Shown piece after piece: positions 26,040 to 37,023 of a DNA stretch of 64,000 nucleotides; positions within the stretch are counted from its first letter, which is position 1, and the number at the start of each line of letters is the position of its first letter. Both the position numbers and the translations under genes were made by a program. The notes under the pieces are model-generated. The model made no database searches and had not been told where the DNA came from. It was given only the letters and a program-made list of their open reading frames with translations. The stretch comes from Kondoa subrosea (taxonomy: Eukaryota), in NCBI GenBank assembly GCA_039545335.1, contig BCIN01000003.1, forward strand, positions 1,809,941 through 1,873,940. The letters run 5' to 3'.

Positions 26040-26851
26040 TTATTTGCGAGCAGAGAGTAGCACAACGTTGTCTGGATGGATAGTATTGCACCTGCAGGGT
26101 GATGCTGAAACGCAGAGCGAGATTGATATGAAAACCATGCCCGTCGATTCCGCATGAGGAGTATTGCGCTTGGCAGATGTAGTCGGTATGGCCTGTTCTT
26201 TTTCTACATCCACAACAACTTTCTTCATTCCATTTTTAGTAGGTGTAGCTTGATCTTCTCTAGCTTTGTCTTTGCTTTTAGCAGCGGCAGAAGTACTAGC
26301 TACTACTTGATCAACAGCTGAATCTTTACTTCCCTTCTCAGGTGATTCGATCCGTGCTTTCTTATTCGATTTAGCAGGAGAAGAAGCAGAAGAAGAAGAA
26401 GGTCTTTTTGATGTGGATTTAGAGGAAGAAGAAGGAATAGCTATAGAACTTGATCGTAATTGTCTAGTTGGAGTAATTTCTGTCGCTGGAGTAGAAGGCA
26501 AGAGCAAAGAACGAGCTAGTTTGAGACCCGCTCGAAATACTTTCATAGTCTCTCCTGAAAGCCGTTGATAGACATCTTCGCTTGAACAAGTTGACAGTCT
26601 GTTGTTCGATTGTCAGTAAGTCTCGAAATAACAGTAGTGTCGAGGGAAACGAACGCTTCTTGAGCCAAGAGCAAGCAGATAGCAGCTCGCATAGTAGATC
26701 CACCCATCATAGTCATCCCAGAGCCTTGACGAGTCTTGCTGCTCAATTGACCATATAGTTTGTGAGCTCTCTTTTCTACTTGAGCACGTTTGCTGTCATT
26801 GCTCAACAAGCCGGACAAGGTGCTGAATGCTGTCCGGCCTTCTAAGTCCAT
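26040..26851 (-). CDS. ORC6-like paralog (copy B): intact N-terminal domain, C-terminus replaced
   Basis: Same ATG and intron position as copy A, open in both exons. Homology stops at ~26168 (..TSAK) and unrelated sequence follows. Confidence 0.55.
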
Positions 26852-26934
26852 TCGTGTCTCGAGCAAAGTCGCGGTCAATGTCCAACCTCGAGCTTCTTGT
26901 CACGTAACAGCTACCCTCTCTCGCGTTGTCATGG
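26168..26934. repeat. Duplicated segment A2 (paralogous to ~22610-23350)
   Basis: Direct repeat with conserved exons and a diverged intron. Confidence 0.95.
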
Positions 26935-27724
26935 CAAGTCCTGTCCGGCGTACCATTGCACAACTAACGCTGTCCTATTACAGGCATCTCAAGGTTTGGC
27001 TTTCTTTATCACCCTCTCGGGTCTCCTGTTTTGACTTGACGCTTTGATATGTTCCCAGCTGAAATCTCTGAAGCTTTCGTACCTTCTTCCCTTCTCTTCA
27101 ATTTCTTCTTGATCTTTCTCATATGTTGTTGCTTGTGATTTCCAGTCCCTGTTCGATAAGAGAGGAACGAAATCTATCCCTAAATCAGCAGTTGGCGACC
27201 TTTTACGTGCACTAGGGCAGAACCCTACGCAAGCTGAAGTTAGTGAAATAGAAGCTGGTTTACCTTCAGACGGTTCGTTCCATCATTCCCCACGCGATAT
27301 CAGGTTTCGCCTAAGACGCTGAAATGAATGACAGTGGATTTCGATACTTTCACAAGAGTACTCAATAGACCTGATGGCTACAAATCAGCAGGAACAGCAG
27401 GTCCGTCTCTTCATCTTCCTTAAGCTCTTAAGATAGCTCAAAGGAATGATTTGTCGCGAACAGAGGAATTCATTAGAGGGTTCCAAGTCTTTGATAAAGA
27501 CGGAACAGGTTATATCGGTGTTGGAGAACTTCGATACGTCTTAACTAGCTTAGGGGAGAAGTTATCGGATGACGAAGTGGATGAATTGTTGAAAGGAGTT
27601 AAAGTTGGACCGTGCGTTCATCTGCTCATCTGGTTGCATTTGGAAAATTAATGAGCTTGGTTGATGGCACAGCGATGGGAACATCAATTACGCTCAATTC
27701 GTCAATCAGATCCTGGCTCAATAG
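26931..27724 (+). CDS. MLC1: Myosin essential light chain (Cdc4/Mlc1-like EF-hand protein)
   Basis: Spliced MASQAEISEAFSLFDKRG...[17 protein letters not shown]...[46 protein letters not shown]...[16 protein letters not shown]. Confidence 0.93.
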
Positions 27725-28165
27725 ATGGTAAAGACAGGGTGAGAAGAGTTGTCTTTTTGCTTGTTTGTAATCGCGAATCGGACAAGGGGATTGCATTATG
27801 ATACCGCTGGATTGGTCTTCTTACTTCGCATCTGCTCGTCCTATCTTCCTCTCGATCTTTTTCAAATTACTCTCTAACTCGAATCTAGTACCTCGCTGAT
27901 ATTCGATACATTGTTCTGGTACCGGCCTAAGTGTTGCTCTGAGAGTATTGGCAAGGTGGAATGCTATTTAGGTAGGATGTGAAGTCCTTCGAGCTCTTGA
28001 TAGACTACTCAAGATGCATTCGCAATAAACTGACTGATCATTCTATGAACTGATTTGGCTATTCTATCTGATTATGACCCTTTTCGTATAAATGAATGCT
28101 ACTGAGATTACTGATCAAACTTCTTTTCCAAACCCCAAAACCCAAGAACGACTCTTCGCTTTCGA

Positions 28166-29037
28166 TCAAAGAGTTGATAGAGCAACGCATTTGCCTTCCA
28201 AGCATCCCACATTCTGTCCAGTGCTGTTCAAGCAAAAGCATGGCATGAGCATGCATAAAAGCGAGATAATAGAAAGAAAAGAGCTTACCAAACGTTTCCA
28301 CAAGCACCGCAGGCTTCAATGGAAGAAGAAAGATCTTGGCAAGAGTAAGAATGAGTAGCGATTTCTTGAGCTGACAAGACGTTGGACGAGTTGGTTGACG
28401 AAAGAGAGCAAGCAGTTTCTTGTTGGTCCGGGCAAAGGGAAGAAGGTGATAGAGACAGGTTGCGACGTGCTCTTGCTTGTTGAGAAGGAGTGTTGTCCTT
28501 TATGCATCCACCTTTACCGTCGGAGTGATAGCCTTGTACGCAAGCGCGACCAGAACCACATCCTCTGCCTAAAGTCAAGAGACCTCCAGCATCGCAAGTT
28601 GGAACATGACCATTGACAACAACGCAAACTTCAGCTTTCAAGATAGTACCAACGCGCTGGAGCGACTTGAACATAAGTAACGATACATACACAAAGCTTT
28701 CAAACATAAGAGAACTTACGAGGTTGGCAGTAACATCAGCTTGAACTTGAGTGAGGATATCTGTGTTGCCAGGCACGAGCTTCGCGTCGATGCATTGATC
28801 CACAATGATTGGAAGTAGACCACCAAGGTTGACTTTGACATAGACCAGCGCGCCAACGAGTCTGTATAGCAAATTGACGATCAATCAAGGGTATCAAAAG
28901 CTTGGAGAGAGAAAGGAGACTGACTCGTTAGGCTGAGTGATGGCTCGCTCTTGCAATGTTGTGGTTGGTTTCAAAGGTGAAGCTGCCACCAAAGATGCGC
29001 AGACAGCCAATAGAGTGACAAGAATGTTGGCCAACAT
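28166..29037 (-). CDS. Secreted cysteine-rich CPL1/PriA-like protein
   Basis: Signal peptide MLANILVTLLAVCASLVAA. The C-terminal LCPDQQETAC...YSCQDLSSSIEACGACGNVC...VGCLEGKC matches the basidiomycete CPL1-like cysteine domain pattern. Confidence 0.8.
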
Positions 29038-29512
29038 GTTGTATTTGAGAAATGAATGTGTCTATCAAGGACGGAAGGATGTTTAGACGCGTCAAAGCAG
29101 AGAGAAAGGGGTTACAAGCACTTACTTGTTGAAAGAACGACTGGTGTAGTAGATAAGAGGTTTGACAAGGGTTTCAAGTCTTTCGACAATGAACAAAGCA
29201 ATAGAGATGGAACGAGAAGAAGAAGCTAAGCAAGGCTACGCGGCTTTTTATACACAAGTTCATAGGGGAAAGGGTAAAAAAGTGGCCACAGCCGGACTAC
29301 GGCCTTGGGACTTCGCCCGTCTTGGGATTTCATGCAATCATGCAAACATTGCCTCGACAACAGAGGCGGTGAAGAGGAATCATTGCTATTGCACATAGCT
29401 GGAGAGGACACAAGGGATATTGCAGCTGCTAGTGGGCTAGGACAGCGAGCCGAGTCGTTCACCTCCGAATTGAATCCTGCAGTGACATGAGTCTGCTGAG
29501 ACCACGAACGAG

Positions 29513-30655
29513 ATGAGCGATTCAGACCGACCAGCACCGTAAGTCAATGCTAGTCGCATTGTATTTGGCGGAGCTCAAGTGGTTGTGACAGCTTGAGATT
29601 GGGCAGTATAGCACCAAACTTTCAGGTTAGTCTCGACACGGCGCCGCCCTTCGCTCGCTGCGTCAAGGACCGAGGCTTAGTTGAGAATAGGTTAGTAGCT
29701 TTCCTGCCCTGTGCTCGTTCAATTGTCTGACATCTTGCTAGGCCGACACTTCAAATGGCAAGATTGACTTCCACGAATTCATTGGATCTTCCTGGTGCAT
29801 TCTCTTCTCACATCCCGAAGGTAAGCGAATGTCTCCTCTATCAGGGCTTGGTTGACCGATTTGCTAGACTACACACCTGTCTGCACCACTGAATTGGGTG
29901 CTTTCGCCAAACTAGAACCAGAATTTACAAAGCGCAACTGCAAGCTTATCGGTCTGTCAGCCAACACTGTGGAATCGCACGGTGGTTGGATCGCAGATAT
30001 CAATGAAATCTCTCAAACCAACCTCAAATTCCCTATCATTGGTGACAAGCAACGCCAGGTCGCTTTGGCGTACGACATGTGAGCGCTCTCCTGTCAGCTT
30101 ATTCACGATATCAACTCATCTTTCTCCCTTCAGGATCGATCATCAAGATGCAACTAATGTTGACTCTAAGGGCATTGCCTTTACTATTCGCTCTGTGTTC
30201 ATCATCGATCCCTCAAAGAAAATTCGCTTGATCATGTCATATCCTGCTTCGACCGGTCGCAACACTGCTGAAGTCCTTCGAGTGCTTGATTCGCTTCAGA
30301 CTGGTGACAAGCACAGAGTGACCACACCAATTGATTGGACACCAGGAAAGGTATCTCAATTTCTTGCTCACCCTCCATAACATTACTAAGCGGCTTTTAG
30401 GATGTTATCGTTCACCCTGGAGTTTCAAACGAGGAAGCAGAAAAGCTATTCCCCGGCTATCGAACTGTCAAACCTTGTGAGTGTCTCTTTGGTCGTGCGC
30501 AGCACGTCCTTGACTAGGATCTGTCAGACCTACGCTTTGCAACATTGCCAAAAGAAGAAACTTCAGCAGCTGTCGAAGATGATGTATCCGCGGGCGAGAA
30601 GCGCAAAGCCGAGACAAACGGACATGATGCTGAAGCCAAGAAAGTAAAGACGTAA
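29513..30655 (+). CDS. PRX1: 1-Cys peroxiredoxin (Prx6 family) with C-terminal extension
   Basis: LRLGSIAPNF, FSHPEDYTPVCTTELG (the PVCTTE signature), RSVFIIDP and YPASTGRN. Confidence 0.95.
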
Positions 30656-30845
30656 CCCTTGTAGTGCTCACAGTGAACATATTAGCAAGAGAACTTGAAA
30701 AATTGGAAACCGTCTTTTCGACTTGAATCAATGCTTTGCGTCATTCGTTCTCCTTCCTTTACTCTATATTCCTGCTTGTCGATGTCCTTATTTCTCGTAT
30801 TGGTACCATCGTGCGATACCTCGTGTGCTCGCGTCAAACTTCTTC

Positions 30846-31125
30846 TCAAAGCTTTGCTATTTGTAAGCTATACTTTTGGATCCGTTCAGCAATAGTCACT
30901 GATACACCTCCGCTCTGACGAAGAGCTACGATTATGTTACTGATGCTATGCTCAAACGACATGATCTTTCTGCCCAATTCCAAGGACGCACCCAATTTCT
31001 TGCCAAGCTTTTGCATCAAGTTGTCGCGGATCTCTTCATTCTTTCGAACAACAGCACAATGAGAAGCGAGCTCGGTCATAGCCATAGCGGCAAATTCCGA
31101 CATGAGCACTGCCGTTCTAGGAATA
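30846..31125 (-). other. Possible coding exon of a small or decayed gene
   Basis: 87-aa helical ORF ending QIAKL*, preceded by a GTAAGT...CTAG intron. The upstream exon cannot be joined cleanly. Confidence 0.2.
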
Positions 31126-31481
31126 CTAGCGTAAGTCTGGCTCTGATGGCTTATTTCTTTGTACTTACCCCTTTGTATTGGTCTTGATGCAGACGATCAA
31201 ACCAGCGAGTAGAATACCAGCTCATACTGTCGCTCGTTCAATATACCCTGGTTTCAGTCCAATTTTCCCAGAGCCTCTCTATATTCCGTCTCTTTCGGTA
31301 AATACCAGTAAAGCAACATCGATAAGTCTCCTGCACCACTGTGTCGAAGCTGGCTAGCAGCCTCTATATTCCAATACTTTCAACCCTTGAATCTTTGTTT
31401 GGTCTATTTGGCAACCAGTCGGCTCACAAATCGTTTTGAAGCACCGCTATTCTTTTGCTCTACTCTTTTACCGCATCAGTC

Positions 31482-32230
31482 ATGGAATCGCGCTTCAGCA
31501 AAGTAGAACGTCTTCCAAATGGCGACTATCAAGTATGGACCACCCTAACTCGTAGCATACATATTTCGCCCGCTCCTTCTCTTTTGACATACGGAAGTGG
31601 GCAATTGCCTGTTGGATTCTCTCTGGCAGAATATGTGAATTATGTCTATGATGAATTGAAAGATGTGGATGTTGAAAAGGAGAACGAAGCTAGCTTGAGA
31701 GATTTAGTTGTAAAGCTGGACAAGTTGAAGTCTGCTTCTGCTTCGGCATGGACTTACATACACAAGGAATTTGGGGAACACGCTTTAACCAGGCAGGTTG
31801 CCTCAGAATTGGTCGGGCGTAAGTCTTCTCGCTCATCTGTCTCGATTTCAAAGATCTGATGTAATTTCTTTGCAGTAGCAGATGAACACATCCAGAGAAT
31901 TTCAGGTACTTTCAGCTTCGCACTATCCACTAAGCTGTTCTGACATCTGTCTCGTCAGCGAAAGTGTTATTGTTGATCAATGGCTTCGATGCACCCCGAA
32001 CGAGAACCATGTCCGCCAACTCTCAGGAATCTGTTGCTAGCAGTGTCACATCCTCCCTACTCTTTACACCACCGGATGTCTCGACCGCCACCTTCTTGCC
32101 TTTTGAAATGCCAACGCTTCTGGAAGAAGAAACTGAAACTTTCACTTCAGCTGCTTTGCAATATGACGGTATTTCACCTCTGACCAAGAGAAGTAAATGG
32201 AGTCGCGTCAAAGCTGAAGAAGCTGAGTAA
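31482..32230 (+). CDS. Hypothetical protein (about 3 exons)
   Basis: ATG at 31482, an open exon to a GTAAGT donor at ~31819, and further exons ending at TAA 32230. No family recognised. Confidence 0.55.
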
Positions 32231-32617
32231 GGTCAAGCTGTAGGAGCTGCTTAGCCGTATGTCAGCCCCTCTTATTTGCCGATGTACACTACTGAAAAAG
32301 AACTGCAGACTTTCGGGTTCTCGGCCATCAGGTCTTGCTCAACAAGCAAGTACAGCAGTCGAGATCGCTCTTGGCATGCGATTTCAGGCGCGTCTTTTTG
32401 CGATAAATCTAGTACGGCCGGTTGAAGCATAGTAAACAATAATCACTGTATGATCTGTATGCTTAGATACACACATCACCATTGTGTTCTGCCTCATGAG
32501 CATCCAGGATCATGTTGACCACTTTTTGCCTTTCTTTATGATCATTACACTTTGTATATAGACTAGTACATATCCGATATCCTGTCCCTCTGTCTCTCTC
32601 CTTTTCTTGGTCCCTGA

Positions 32618-35551
32618 TCAGATTAAGCTTTGTTGCTGGCCATTCTGCTGATTATTGAATTGACTACCGAAAGCGCTACCGAAATTAGATGCTGCGCCAT
32701 TCGTGTTGGTGGAGAAAGCAGAAGAAAAAGGAGCGCTCGATACACCTCCAGGAGCGAAACCAGCTGACACGCACGATTCTTGTAAGTATCGACATTGTCC
32801 GAAAATGAAAGCAACTTACTCGATTGACTAGTCAAGCTTGGTGCTGAGGAATTAGAAGTAACTGAACCCATAGTTGAGGCTCTGAAGGGGTTGAATGCCG
32901 TTCCACTTGACAAAGTACTTCCCGTTGCCGAAGCCGACATACTAGGTGTAGCATTTGAGGAAGAGAAGGACATGCCAGTAGGTTGACTAGTGAGCGGAGG
33001 TAAGGAGTCGGCTAGAGAAGTACCAAATGAACTGCTAGGTTTGAAAGGTTTGACCATCGATCCGCCGAAACCTGTAGGTTGCGGTTGTAAGGCTTGCGCA
33101 GATTCAGCAGAAGGCGTGAAAGCAGATGAGCCAGAGAAAGCAGTTGAAGAGGAGAAAGCTGGTGCGCTCGATGTATTTGATGTTCCGAATAAAGAAGTAC
33201 CGTTCGAAGTTGTTTGATTGTTGCTTCCAGTGAAACTAGATGCCAAATTGGCCATTAATCCACCTCCACCAGTAGCTTGACTTTGCAGAGGTTGCGCGGC
33301 AGGCTGCTGTTGTTGCTGAGGCTGAGCTTGCTGCTGTTGAGGCTGCTGCTGCTGTTGGAAACCATTCACACCAAGCGAATTGTTGCGGTTCTGGAACGCA
33401 TTAGCAGCCAAAGCATTCATTGACATTTCCTTCGGTTTGTTTATCTGAGTTGGCGCACTTCCAGGTGCAGGAGCGAATGGATTGCGGCTGCCCGTAGGTT
33501 GAGCGACGAGCGGTTGAGCTGCAGGCTGCAATGAGCCATTACCATTTGCAGCTGCCGATGAAGGTCTATTGAAAGGAGAATTCGAGCCAAAGGCTGAAGA
33601 TGATAATGAATTGCCGAAAGCATTATTGTTAGACTGAGAAGAAAGTGTTTCTTGGTGTTGACCATTCATATTGCCAAAAGGTGATGCATTCTGCTGAGCC
33701 ATATTACTGAAAGGAGATGAACTTTGCTGCTGTTGTTGTTGTTGTTGCTGCATATTGAAAGGGTTTGAAGTAGTTTGTTGCTGACCAAATGGCGATGACC
33801 CAAAAGCAGCTAGATTAGGCGCAGACGAAGAACTAGGCAGACCCGATGCTTGTACTTGCGGGAAAGGAGATTGATTCGAAACCATTCCGGTTGGTTGAAC
33901 CATCATACTTTGACGGAAAGGGTTATAACCAGTTGCTTGAGGTGCAAGCATAGGTTGAAAGCCAGTCATCTGAGGTTGAATACCGCCCATAGCAAAGCCT
34001 GTGGGCTGAGCTTGTAATTGCGGCATCATACCCATGCTTGTATTCGGGTAACCAGTAGCTTGCAGGCCCATTTGTTGACCTGGAAACCCAGTCATTTGAG
34101 CATTCAAGAAAGGATTGTAAGAGGATTGTTGCTGGAAGTATGACATGGTAGGGCTGCCTGTTTGAGGATTGAACATGTTTGATTGTTCATTTTCGATTGT
34201 CGCAAAGAAATCGGTGAAGGTCTTCTTCTGAGGTGGTGTGCTAGGTCGATCTGCAGATGTAGATGAAGATTCTGCAGGTTTCGATGCTAGTTAAGGCGCG
34301 GTCAGTATTCATGTATGTGCAAGACTGGAAGAAACTCACCGGCAGGCTTCACAGTTGGAGGTTTTCCATCAGCAATTCGTTTGTTCTCCTTATACTCTTC
34401 TCTATTCTTCTCGAAGTTGGCATCTGCTAGATATTCTTCGAGTGATCCAGCTAGTGAAACAGGCGCCTGGCACGACCGATAAGTTTTGCCTTTCCAGCTC
34501 AGCAGGGGTACTCACATGCTTGAGATTGGGTATAGGGACGTTGATAATGTTCTGCATCTTCTTCGCTACGCCCAGATACGCTACGACCTTTTCTGTTTGC
34601 TGACAAAAGCGCTTATATATCTTGAGCGATGTACTAGCATCGACATGCGACATTTCAAAGTAGTTCTCTGGATGCAAGAAGTGAGCTCCAGCAATGGGTA
34701 ACGACAACCATCGACTTACCGAGGACATTGATAACACCTTCGTTGACAGCTTGGAACAACAATAGCAAGTCCTTGACCAACATTCGAAGAGCAGTCATAG
34801 TAACGTCGTCTTCCATATCATCAGTGTAGAACTGTATCTGCCTCAGCTTGGCCCATCGAGTCAACAGTGACGCGAATCACCTTGCATTCGGTCAAGGCGT
34901 CCATTTGCTTTTGAAGTAACGTTGTCTCCCTCAGCAAGCCTTTGTCCACAGTAAGTGACCTCAACCTGTTGCAACCCTTGATACCCTCTCGTTCCGCTCT
35001 TCTTTCGCCTTTATCCCGAATTATATCATATTTGATCGCTCCGTAGGTTCGTATCCTTCTATCTAAATATGAAGCATACTTGCTTAAGTTCTGTGCCGTA
35101 TCATGACCTGAATGGTAGGGGTGAGCCTATACGCTTCTACATGCAAGGTTTCACCCTTACCGCTGATGATGCTTTCCAGACCTAACATCTTTGTTCCTGA
35201 GAGATAACCTAATACGACTTCTTGAGACCCAGCTCTGACCAGAGTATGTACAACGATCAAAGCCTTGAATATAACCTGTGCATCCAAGAATAAGTTTCTC
35301 CGGCTTGTCCAAACTAAGGCATGAAGCCATGCTTACAGTCGAATTCGGGTCTCGTAATTTTGTAGATAAGGCTTTGCAGACTTCTTGAAATGATCCGTCA
35401 TGCTGAAAAGTACTGCCGACTATTGGGTCAATGTACTGTAATCCTCCATCAGATGAGCTGGATAATTCGGTCACTCGAGTTGATTGAGGCTCGCCTTGGA
35501 TTTCGGAGGTTGATGCTTAGGCTTGCATGCACCTCTCACAGCTTTCTCCAT
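32618..35551 (-). CDS. ANTH-domain clathrin assembly protein (AP180/Yap1801-2-like)
   Basis: MEKAVRGACKPKHQPPKSK|YIDPI, VIFKALIVVHTLVR, LVKDLLLLFQAVNEGVINVL and YFEMSHVDA. The C-terminal tail is Q/S-rich with many NPF and QPTG/QATG motifs. Confidence 0.93.
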
Positions 35552-35919
35552 TGTACTGCAACGACACAAGATGGCTGTCGAATGTTAAATCAGATGATCC
35601 TTGTTTTCGGGCGTCCAAGTGATCGAGGGCAGATCAGCTCCGTGTTTGTCATAGCCAGTCTGTTATGTGCCTGCAAGTATGAGGCCAGCACTCCGAACCA
35701 TGCCTTCAGCTCGTCTGCCGTTTTGCGTGGATTTCTCGAACGCTCTATACATGCGACAACCCTATGTTTGGCTGGCCGTACGCACAGCTTAGAAAATGCC
35801 TCTGCGTCAGTCGATGTAGAAGGACTGCCTTGACTGTGCTTCGTCATGTTTCTCCACCGTCAATTCGCTTGCTGGCTTTTTTCTGACGGAATAGTCAAGC
35901 TGCTCCTTGTCCGCCATCA

Positions 35920-36903
35920 ATGTCCATCGCACTGGCAATTTTTGTCGCTTTGTCGCTCGTGCTGCTTAATTTCAGCTACTCTATAAGAAGGAATGTTATT
36001 ACCGAGCTGACTAAAACTCTCCCTTTGTGCTTCGATTTTATTAATTTTATTCGAAAGCGAGTTAGTCTTCTTCTTCTCTTCTCCTCGGTCATCTTTTCCA
36101 AATTCTTCTGCTTCTTCCCCTCAGCCGTTGGACCTTTACTTCTCCTCGTTGGATATCTTGCGCATCGAGAGTTCTCCCTCCCTATAATCGAATCACTGTA
36201 AGATCAGAAGGCCTACGTCAGATAACTCGCTGATGCCAGTCTGTACGCAGCCATTTGATCATGATCGAGGCATGGACAGAAGAGCAATTACAGGCAGGAA
36301 AAGCATTACATGAGGCTCATCTGGTGGGTCGATGTCTTTCATCTAGAGGATACGCTCTGATGCCAATGCTAGGCAATTATGCAAAAGCACGTCTACGCAG
36401 ACCATATCAGACATCCTGCCGATCCCTACGTTCTGCACAAGGGGGATAAAGATATTAACAACCATCACGACCTTTTGACGTGCGAAGCGCAAGTGAGTTC
36501 ACATATAAACTGGGCCAGACGCAACTGACTGGTTATATTCCAGTTCTTGTATTTTTTTGGTACAAAGGCCTTTTCCAAGGAGAATATCCATTCGCGGGAC
36601 CAAAGCGAGTTGAGGAAGTATCTGTGGACCTTGACTGAGGCTATAACGCACTCCAAGTATGAAGTACCAACTTGGTGGTCTACTCCTCAGGGTCAAGTCA
36701 AGCAAGCTGCAATGCTGGCGAAGATCATTCAGGAGCGTCATTTCGTTGATCTGATAGCCCGTGACGGGGTATTGGGGCTAGTGTATGAAGGCCCAGGCCA
36801 CGATCTACCAGGATCGAAAGACGCGTGTGAGATGATCATCAAGCTATTCGGTACAGCTCGCCTGACTTTTAACGATATCTCGCTAACGTTCTTCTTTCAC
36901 TGA
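35920..36903 (+). CDS. Hypothetical protein with hydrophobic N-terminus (4 or more exons)
   Basis: Exons join in frame across three canonical introns (~36198-36250, ~36324-36372, ~36493-36543). Confidence 0.55.
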
Positions 36904-37023
36904 TATGTTCCGAGATCAATATCGAAAATGAAAGAAACGTTGTTGTAGCAGTGTTCAGATAGCAAAGAACAGCCGGAAACGGTAGATTGTAACTTCACTC
37001 CTCGTCCTTTACTTCGAGCCACC

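Noticed and set aside
24115..26165. Searched for terminal inverted repeats or transposase/RT motifs in the insert
   Set aside because: None convincing by eye, so it was not called a mobile element.
33290..33760. (CAG/CAA)n tracts
   Set aside because: Ordinary poly-Gln in the AP180 disordered tail.
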